Positions 57,544 through 64,000 of a DNA stretch of 64,000 nt are shown in pieces. Position 1 is the first letter of the stretch; each line of letters opens with the position of its first letter. Made by a program: the position numbers and the translations under genes. The stretch covers positions 1-64,000 of the IMG/VR virus record IMGVR_UViG_3300010334_000023; one strand, 5' to 3'. Below the pieces are notes generated by a model. It searched no databases and was not told the origin of the DNA. It saw nothing but the letters and a program-made list of their open reading frames with translations.

Positions 57544-58437
57544 TCAGTTCTTGTATAGCACTGATATGAATTGGCCATCATTGACCACCAGTTGTGCTAC
57601 CTCATCTAGGGTGATAGGATAATATTCACCGCTGCTGCCAACCAAACCACTCCAGATTGGTATGTAACCAAAGCGCACCCAGTAGGCATTGAGGTTAAAA
57701 TTGAACAAGGTTGGTCCCGGACCTTGGTTGTTTGAGCTATCAAAGGTGTACATGGGATCTGGCCCAGGTTGTAGCGGCACGAAGAACCATTCACTGGGCA
57801 TTGGATTGCTGTTGGTGAGGCTGGCCTGTATCCAGAACTTGCCAAGGAAGCGGCTCTGATACACAGCTACCGTGTGCATGCCATTGGCACGCTGTGTCTG
57901 AGCATCGCCGGGAAAGCTACCAGTGACGAACATGATGTCATTGTTGTTGCCTATGGGAGTCTGCGTAAACTGTGCCGCTGTGATCTCAGTGGCTGGGATC
58001 ATGGTGCTAAGCACACCATCGATCAGCTCAAAGCTGCCGATGCCGCTTTGGTTCACGTCAGTGTAAAATACCTGACTGATGCCATTGATGTCAGTGTTCT
58101 GTATGGTGTAGTTATAGTAGCCAGCATCTAGATCCTGTGTCTCGCCGGGGTCCAATGTCAGTCGTGCCTTGCCCTGTATGGCCACCGTGATTTCCACAGA
58201 TTTGGTCAAGACCACTTCGCCTGTGAGCTGGTTCTGTATGGTAGCCGTCATGGTGATTCCAACCAAGTTGATTGGCCGGCGCTCGTTGTTGCGCACCACG
58301 AAATCTATGTTGTTGGTCACACCTTTATAGAGCTTGGTATCATAGATTGTCATTGGCCAGTTCACCAGTTGTGGGTTGTCTTGGAACTGCAGTAGCTGCA
58401 CGTATTCCTTGAAGCTGTAGAGAAATACAGTAGGCAT
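57544..58437 (-). CDS. probable virion structural protein
   Basis: LYKGV.N.I.F...N Ig-like pattern; late promoter. Confidence 0.65.
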   Translation of the reverse strand: MPTVFLYSFKEYVQLLQFQDNPQLVNWPMTIYDTKLYKGVTNNIDFVVRNNERRPINLVGITMTATIQNQLTGEVVLTKSVEITVAIQGKARLTLDPGETQDLDAGYYNYTIQNTDINGISQVFYTDVNQSGIGSFELIDGVLSTMIPATEITAAQFTQTPIGNNNDIMFVTGSFPGDAQTQRANGMHTVAVYQSRFLGKFWIQASLTNSNPMPSEWFFVPLQPGPDPMYTFDSSNNQGPGPTLFNFNLNAYWVRFGYIPIWSGLVGSSGEYYPITLDEVAQLVVNDGQFISVLYKN

Positions 58438-58472
58438 CTGTTCCTATCATTTTGTTCCATCAACACTTGGTA

Positions 58473-58484
58473 TATTTATAAATA
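58473..58484. promoter_or_regulatory. palindromic bidirectional late promoter TATTTATAAATA
   Basis: TATAAATA on both strands between divergent genes. Confidence 0.7.
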
Positions 58485-58508
58485 CCCCCACACGCAAATA
58501 GGAACGTT

Positions 58509-58880
58509 ATGTCAGATACCAAACAGGTGCTACAGGAAAAATTCCCGTTCCTCACTGTTATCAGCCATCTAGACAGGGAATATCTTGGCATAGTTCAGCA
58601 CGCAGACAACGCATTCGTGCATCTCTACGTGATGGACAACACCTTCAACGATCCCATGAAGCGAGAGTTCCTAGATTGCGGTGAGATATGGTGGTGGGAA
58701 AGCAACCGCCAGATACCAATCAACATGTTTATTAAGGACAGGTTCGCCAAGTTCAAGAGCTGCTTGCGCATATTCAGCATGAAAGAAACAGTGATACTAC
58801 AGGGACCTGTGCTGAATCTCAAGGATCTCATGAACAAGCGAGTGAAGCGCAGGACCATACAGCTGGTCAAGCACGCTTAG
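58509..58880 (+). CDS. hypothetical protein (FPFL...EYLGIVQ...WWWESNR.IPIN.F)
   Basis: Late promoter and RBS. Confidence 0.75.
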   Translation: MSDTKQVLQEKFPFLTVISHLDREYLGIVQHADNAFVHLYVMDNTFNDPMKREFLDCGEIWWWESNRQIPINMFIKDRFAKFKSCLRIFSMKETVILQGPVLNLKDLMNKRVKRRTIQLVKHA

Positions 58881-59350
58881 TCTCCCAGCGTGGTTACCGT
58901 AACCCTAGCACGGATACGACCATCCTTGGTCACATGAACCTTGAGAGGCTTGTTAGCTGCCTTGCGTGCCTTGGCATCAGCTTTTTCCTTGTCGTCGTCC
59001 CACTTCTCAAACTCGTTGTGACTGAACGCAAACATGGTAGCATCGCCTGCTTCTGCGATTCGCACATAGCTGATGAGCTGAGAATCCTTGTTTTCTTCAC
59101 GCTCTACTTCGGTCCATACGTTAACGGCACCAGTGAAACTCTCTACCGTGTCCCATATGGTAGCAATCAACTCAGGTGTGGCTTTTGGATTGCGGAACAG
59201 ATAGCCTTTCTTGAGCTTGGTGTTCAGCTTGGCAATGGGATCATATTGTAGATCGGTTCCAGCATTGAGGATCTCATCGCCATCGATGATCTGAACTGAT
59301 TTGCCGAACATATCGCCAATTACCTGGAATGCTAGCTTGGTACGTGCCAT
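58877..59350 (-). CDS. hypothetical early protein
   Basis: GAGGAG RBS and promoter. Confidence 0.75.
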   Translation of the reverse strand: MARTKLAFQVIGDMFGKSVQIIDGDEILNAGTDLQYDPIAKLNTKLKKGYLFRNPKATPELIATIWDTVESFTGAVNVWTEVEREENKDSQLISYVRIAEAGDATMFAFSHNEFEKWDDDKEKADAKARKAANKPLKVHVTKDGRIRARVTVTTLGD

Positions 59351-59370
59351 GTGAGTGCTCCTCTGATTGC

Positions 59371-59402
59371 TTATACTAGCACAGATCTGCGTCATGTCAA
59401 GG
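59371..59402 (-). promoter_or_regulatory. sigma70-type early promoter (CTTGACA...GTGCTAGTAT)
   Basis: Repeated motif. Confidence 0.75.
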
Positions 59403-59492
59403 TGAAAATAACAGATCATATGCTATCACACCTGCGATGCAGATCACAGGAATCAGCACACCTGGTGTAGCCAACACTCGTAACCAGATCAT
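59397..59492 (-). CDS. 31-aa membrane peptide
   Basis: Translated by hand; ATGA overlap with the upstream gene. Confidence 0.45.
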   Translation of the reverse strand: MIWLRVLATPGVLIPVICIAGVIAYDLLFSP

Positions 59493-60076
59493 AGCCTGGC
59501 CTCTAACAGTAGATTAGCGTGTACATACACCAAAACTGCGTATGAAATCGCGTGTGCCTTCTTGAAGCTGTAGGTATCCTCATCAGATTTGGTCCAGATC
59601 GAGTCTGCGATGCTGTGAAATCCCTGTGTTTCACATTTGGTTTGTAAATGCTTCTTGCCTGGGCGGATCAGCGCCAAGATCATGGCGATGTGTTCAATGC
59701 TGGTTGGACGCAATCTAGCACAGAGGTCGCCATAGTTGCCCAAATGGAACAGCTTAGCCACGAAGCTTGGATCTGTAAACACTACCCAATCCAGCGGGCG
59801 TTCCATGAGATCTCTGAGATGCGCTTCATCACGCACATGCTCATAAACGCCAACGTTTAGCATGTCTATCTTGAAGAATCCTCGATCTTCTGCGGCATTG
59901 TAGTCCAAGCTAGACAACCCAGTGATTGGATCCTTGGGCACAGCATGGAAGTACACACCCGTGTTATGTCGAGCGATCTTGCCATCTCTGATGATGCTGG
60001 CAGGTGTGTGCCAGAGGCCAGACAGTGCCTGTTCTCTGTTCGCAAAATCTATGTCAATGTCGCCGCGGTTTAACAT
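59489..60076 (-). CDS. miniature DnaE-like (family C DNA polymerase) catalytic protein
   Basis: DIDIDF, H..GVY, KIDML, LFHL, ALIRPG, YSFKKAHA.SYA in DnaE order. Confidence 0.8.
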   Translation of the reverse strand: MLNRGDIDIDFANREQALSGLWHTPASIIRDGKIARHNTGVYFHAVPKDPITGLSSLDYNAAEDRGFFKIDMLNVGVYEHVRDEAHLRDLMERPLDWVVFTDPSFVAKLFHLGNYGDLCARLRPTSIEHIAMILALIRPGKKHLQTKCETQGFHSIADSIWTKSDEDTYSFKKAHAISYAVLVYVHANLLLEARL

Positions 60077-60084
60077 TGCTAATC

Positions 60085-60384
60085 CTACTGCCTGTCAATC
60101 TTGCCGTCAAGCTGCCGTTGTAAAACACTCATCTCGGTCCTGCGCTGGCGCATGCTGTTGCCAAGCTGTCTCAGCTCATTGCGCATCTCAGATATCGTCT
60201 GTTCGCTCTGAATTAATCTTCTTTCAAGCTGCAGCACATAACCCGGATCGATGCTGCGTATCTTGGTGCCATCTATCTCAAACTCGGTTATAGCCCCCTG
60301 TGATACAATCGGTCTCTTGATATCAGCAGCAGCAATAGCTTCATCATCACTGGCACCGTACATGTCTGTGATCTCTGCCATCAT
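60085..60384 (-). CDS. coiled-coil hypothetical protein
   Basis: ATGA-coupled ORF. Confidence 0.65.
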   Translation of the reverse strand: MMAEITDMYGASDDEAIAAADIKRPIVSQGAITEFEIDGTKIRSIDPGYVLQLERRLIQSEQTISEMRNELRQLGNSMRQRRTEMSVLQRQLDGKIDRQ

Positions 60385-61091
60385 AGTCCTGCTTTCTTGA
60401 GAGTGTCCTTGACGAAGGTAGTGCTCTCTTTGTCTCTGTTGAACTTCAGCGACCACTGTGGTGCTGGTGCTATGCCTGCTATCATACCGATCTGCTCCGG
60501 TGAGCAACGCTTGAGCGCCGACTCTGCGCTGCTAGCATTATATAGCACCCAGGGGCTGATGCGACCTGTGGTCACCCAGCGTGTCATCTGGTTTGCGTTC
60601 ACTTCCCTGAAGAAGTCGTACCATGCCAGCTCATGCTGCTGTGCCCATTCTCGCATCAGCACGATGCCACGCTCCAGTGCCTGTTCTGGGCTTTCATTGC
60701 GTATGAGGTCCTTGACATATTCCTCATAGACCACGTCATGCGTCCACTTGTCAATGGGCAGATTATTCTTCAGCACGTAGTCTATGAAGCGTGCGGGTTC
60801 GGGTGCTGCTGTGTCCAGCAGATGCCTAGCAAACTTGCTGAATGCCAGATAGTACTTGCTGTCTATGAATTCCTTGTAGGTCTTCTTGTGCTTCTTGCCA
60901 GCCACAGCACTGTTCATCTCATAGAAGCGCGACCAGGCCATGAAGGCTATGCGGCCCTGAGGTTGGTCCTTCTGAAACCACCGCCGCTTCTTCTCACACA
61001 CATGATTGATCAACCTCAGCTCGTCGCTGAATTCTTTCTTACAGAACTCACAGCGGCACTGCTTAGGAATCACGCTCCAGCTTTTTGCCAT
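60381..61091 (-). CDS. Zn-finger (CxxC...H.C) protein in the replication cluster
   Basis: CEFCKKEF......H.C; GRISPW. Confidence 0.7.
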   Translation of the reverse strand: MAKSWSVIPKQCRCEFCKKEFSDELRLINHVCEKKRRWFQKDQPQGRIAFMAWSRFYEMNSAVAGKKHKKTYKEFIDSKYYLAFSKFARHLLDTAAPEPARFIDYVLKNNLPIDKWTHDVVYEEYVKDLIRNESPEQALERGIVLMREWAQQHELAWYDFFREVNANQMTRWVTTGRISPWVLYNASSAESALKRCSPEQIGMIAGIAPAPQWSLKFNRDKESTTFVKDTLKKAGL

Positions 61092-61575
61092 CCTCGACCA
61101 ATTCTTTCAGTTCGCTGTCACTCAATCCGGCATCCTTGCCCAGCTGGCGCAGGCTTTCTTTGTCCAGCTGCGATTTCAGCAAGCTCAGTTCTTCTGCGTT
61201 GATGCTAGGGTATAGGCCCAGCAGGAACTCGTCAACCACCTTGGTCTTGCTCTTGGCGTTCTTGGCACCCACGTAGGGCCTGTACTGCTTGCGCCCTGTG
61301 CCAGCCAAGCACATCAGCTTGTGCTGCAGCTCTGGATGCTTGCCCAAGCTGAAGAATCCCAGGTTCACCAAGTCGTTGGTTGCCAGCACGGCATAGCTCT
61401 GCATGGGGCTCTGTGGGCTGAGGCTGCTCATGTAGCGCATCAGCAAGAATGGACTGTAGCCCTTGCGTTCCTCGTCAGTGAGGCGTTCATAGAAACCAAA
61501 GTCTCGGTTATCCAGCGCCTGTAGCACTGCGTCCAAGCTCAGCTTCTGCCCCTGTGTGTTTGCTTTCTTTGCCAT
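61063..61575 (-). CDS. putative clamp-loader small subunit (gp62-like)
   Basis: YSPFLLMRYMS resembles the gp62 motif; replication context. Confidence 0.5.
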   Translation of the reverse strand: MAKKANTQGQKLSLDAVLQALDNRDFGFYERLTDEERKGYSPFLLMRYMSSLSPQSPMQSYAVLATNDLVNLGFFSLGKHPELQHKLMCLAGTGRKQYRPYVGAKNAKSKTKVVDEFLLGLYPSINAEELSLLKSQLDKESLRQLGKDAGLSDSELKELVEDGKKLERDS

Positions 61576-61638
61576 GTGCTTAGTATACGCTGATCAAACT
61601 GTTTCATCAACTGTGTCATACTGTGATATAATAATACC

Positions 61639-62004
61639 ATGGGCCGCCCTTTAACAGACCGATGGATTGGTATTCCCACAGGTGAATCACCAGTGCTGAT
61701 GCCAGTGATCAACAATCAAGGCCGTGTGGGTCGAGGTTGGATCATCAAGCAGGTTGGCAGCGATAGATTCTTGGTACAGGACTGTGATACTGACGAGATA
61801 GGCAGCTACAGGCTCTGTGAATCAGCCGAACCACCCATGTCAGGACTGATGAGCATCAGATTCACTGGTATGGCCTCGGGATTCGCCATGCGCATCACCA
61901 GCAGCAAGATCAAGGACTGGCATGGCAACCATCTGGAGTGGAGCATCTGGGGCCCAGAGCCCAACAGGGTACATGTGGTAGACAGCAGCTTGGTTGCTAA
62001 ATAA
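61639..62004 (+). CDS. MGRP-family protein, short paralog
   Basis: MGRPL...WIIKQ.GS..F.V. Confidence 0.7.
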   Translation: MGRPLTDRWIGIPTGESPVLMPVINNQGRVGRGWIIKQVGSDRFLVQDCDTDEIGSYRLCESAEPPMSGLMSIRFTGMASGFAMRITSSKIKDWHGNHLEWSIWGPEPNRVHVVDSSLVAK

Positions 62005-62054
62005 ATGCTCATAATTAGGAGTCATCTACATGGCAAAAACACCTGCCGCAGAGG

Positions 62055-62084
62055 CACCCAGGGCATGACATGCCCTGGGTGTTT
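62055..62084 (+). terminator. perfect 13-bp inverted repeat followed by TTT
   Basis: CACCCAGGGCATG-A-CATGCCCTGGGTG. Confidence 0.55.
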
Positions 62085-62226
62085 GGCAGTGGATACGATC
62101 CCGGCTTGGCAATTGGCTGGGCTAGCATATGGACCAACGCATTAAACATCGGACCATGATAAATAGGTATTGAAATGATTATGGGGCAACGGTGCCCCGT
62201 AGGCTTAGAACGCCAAGGAGTTTACA

Positions 62227-63339
62227 ATGGGACGTCCCCTCAAGAAGAAATATTTTGGCAATGTCACTGCCAGCGGACAGGCAATCATAGGCAACGCATG
62301 GATACAGGGCGACACAGTCGCACGTCCAAGCTGGATAGTAAAGCAGCTGACCAGCAGCAGCTATCAGTGGCTCAGTGTCAACGGACAGGGTCCAGCAACG
62401 CCAGGCCAGTGCTATCTAGTCAACGGACCAATCACGGGTCCAGGACAGGCCAACATCGCAGTTTACCCATATGGCGGCGAAGGCGGCGGCGCAGTTGCTG
62501 CCAATGCTAACCTAGGTGTGTACGCTGGCACTGTCATAGTGGCCAACACGGGTTCTGTCACACAGGATTACGGCGTGGGCAACGTGCTCAGCTTGACAGG
62601 CGGCACATACACTGGCAACCAACAGGCCAACGTCACTGTAACCAGCGTCAAGGTCGCAGCTGACAACATATCCACAGCGGGCACACGTTACAGCGTGGGC
62701 GACACACTGACCTTCAGTGGAGCAGGTTACAGCACTCCTGTGGTTTTGACAGTTAGCTCAGCCAATGGCACAGGTGGTATCACAGGCGTGAACATCACCA
62801 ACGGCGGAGTTTACACCAGTGCTGCCTTGCCCGCAGATCCAGTGGCATCAACTTCCAACGTAGCAGCCAACGTGGATGCCAACGGTGCCACGTTCAATTT
62901 TGTCTGGGGCATCAACGCATTCAGCGTGGCAAACATAGGCGACTACACCACACTGCCTGCCAATCCGGTCAGCCTCAGCGGTGGTGGTGGTACAGGCGCA
63001 ACCATCAACGTGACTTACCAAGTCAGCAGCGTACAGGTCACCAACGGTGGCAGCGGATTTGATCCCGGCAACGAAGCCAGCGTGACATTTGGCACAGGCA
63101 ACGCCACAGCAGTGGGTGTGGTCAACGCAGCCGGTTCTGTGACCAGTGTGACTGTGACCAGTGGCGGCAGCGGCTATGTGGCATGCCCCACAGTGTCTCT
63201 GAATCCAATCAGCACACCCACACTGGCTGCGGAGATATATGACAACACTGTCAAGAACTTCATTGGTCAGACTTGGAGTTGGTTGCCAAACGGCTATCAG
63301 TTGCCTGGTCCAACCTGGGCACACTTGAACACACAATAA
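62227..63339 (+). CDS. MGRP-family Gly/Thr-rich virion structural protein
   Basis: MGRPLKKKYFG, G.GY repeats, TAAATA, AAGGAG RBS. Confidence 0.8.
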   Translation: MGRPLKKKYFGNVTASGQAIIGNAWIQGDTVARPSWIVKQLTSSSYQWLSVNGQGPATPGQCYLVNGPITGPGQANIAVYPYGGEGGGAVAANANLGVYAGTVIVANTGSVTQDYGVGNVLSLTGGTYTGNQQANVTVTSVKVAADNISTAGTRYSVGDTLTFSGAGYSTPVVLTVSSANGTGGITGVNITNGGVYTSAALPADPVASTSNVAANVDANGATFNFVWGINAFSVANIGDYTTLPANPVSLSGGGGTGATINVTYQVSSVQVTNGGSGFDPGNEASVTFGTGNATAVGVVNAAGSVTSVTVTSGGSGYVACPTVSLNPISTPTLAAEIYDNTVKNFIGQTWSWLPNGYQLPGPTWAHLNTQ

Positions 63340-63377
63340 CCCTTGCCTGCTGTTGTAGCTGGCAGACTCAGGCGATG

Positions 63378-63413
63378 CCCCCGGAGAACCTTAGCGATCC
63401 GGGGGTTTCGTTT
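63378..63413 (+). terminator. rho-independent terminator
   Basis: CCCCCGGA...TCCGGGGG followed by TTTCGTTT. Confidence 0.75.
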
Positions 63414-63451
63414 GGCTAAATATCGCACGCATAGCCACTAGGAGATATCAC

Positions 63452-64000
63452 ATGGGCCGTCCCGTAAAGAAATCATACATGGGTCCGTATACCCTGCCAA
63501 ACGTAGTGCCTCAGAGCCAGGGATCGCTGATACAGGGCACAGCATGGTTCCCTGATCTCAACGGCACGGCACTGGCATTCCTTGACAAGCAAGTTGGACC
63601 AACCAGCTACCTGTTCCGCAACGCAGCCGACTACACCATGCTCAGTGGTCCTTGTGAACTGGTACCAGGTGACGTTACTGGACCAGGACAGGCCAGCGTG
63701 TTAGTGTACCCTTACCTTTACACCGATGCGTACGGCGCAGAAGCCTACGTGGCCAACATCAGCATCGCTTCAGTGACCGTGGACAATCCGGGCACTAGTG
63801 GATTCCTTGCTGGGAACTTCCTGGCCATCAACACGGGCATATATGCTGGGGGCGAAGGCATCGTGGAAGTGCTGAGATTCACAGGCACAAACTTCGCTGT
63901 GAGCGGTGGCAGCAGCTTTACCACCAGCAGCACCATAAGTTTCAATCTGGGCACAGGTGGCACCAATCCTCTACAGGCACAGGTAGACGTGACCACGGTT
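63452..64000 (+). CDS. MGRP-family structural protein, runs off the window end (MGRPVKKSYMG...)
   Basis: TAAATA, AGGAG RBS, clear paralog of 62227; no stop seen. Confidence 0.75.
   Translation, partial: MGRPVKKSYMGPYTLPNVVPQSQGSLIQGTAWFPDLNGTALAFLDKQVGPTSYLFRNAADYTMLSGPCELVPGDVTGPGQASVLVYPYLYTDAYGAEAYVANISIASVTVDNPGTSGFLAGNFLAINTGIYAGGEGIVEVLRFTGTNFAVSGGSSFTTSSTISFNLGTGGTNPLQAQVDVTTV

Noticed and set aside
1-64000. Stop-codon reassignment
   Set aside because: Conserved genes are full length in the standard code, and TAA, TAG and TGA all end genes

Overview
This window is a gene-dense 64 kb segment of a large, T4-like/jumbo dsDNA bacteriophage, read in the standard genetic code, with most genes on the minus strand. 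It carries replication genes (split type II topoisomerase, DnaB/gp41-like helicase, primase, clamp-loader-like subunit, a very compact DnaE-like polymerase, PD-(D/E)XK exonuclease), class Ia nrdAB with glutaredoxin, and a dispersed RNA-repair set. It also has a block of virion and probable internal-head proteins and many auxiliary metabolic genes. The host is probably an alphaproteobacterium: the phage has a circularly permuted two-piece tmRNA (tag ANDNFVASEIRLAA), repeated TTGAC-N-GCTA sigma70-type promoters, an Omp25/RopB-style outer-membrane protein and a plcP-agt gene pair. The most interesting leads are: (1) a phage plcP-agt membrane-lipid remodelling cassette; (2) a transporter/amidohydrolase/oxygenase/sulfotransferase-like/methyltransferase cluster of unknown pathway; (3) a 195-aa DnaE that keeps the catalytic motifs through internal deletions; (4) a proteolysis-tagging pair of an ATE/Bpt-like transferase and tmRNA; (5) about ten unrelated proteins sharing a T4-like capsid-targeting N-terminus. 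All calls come from motif recognition by eye; no searches were run.
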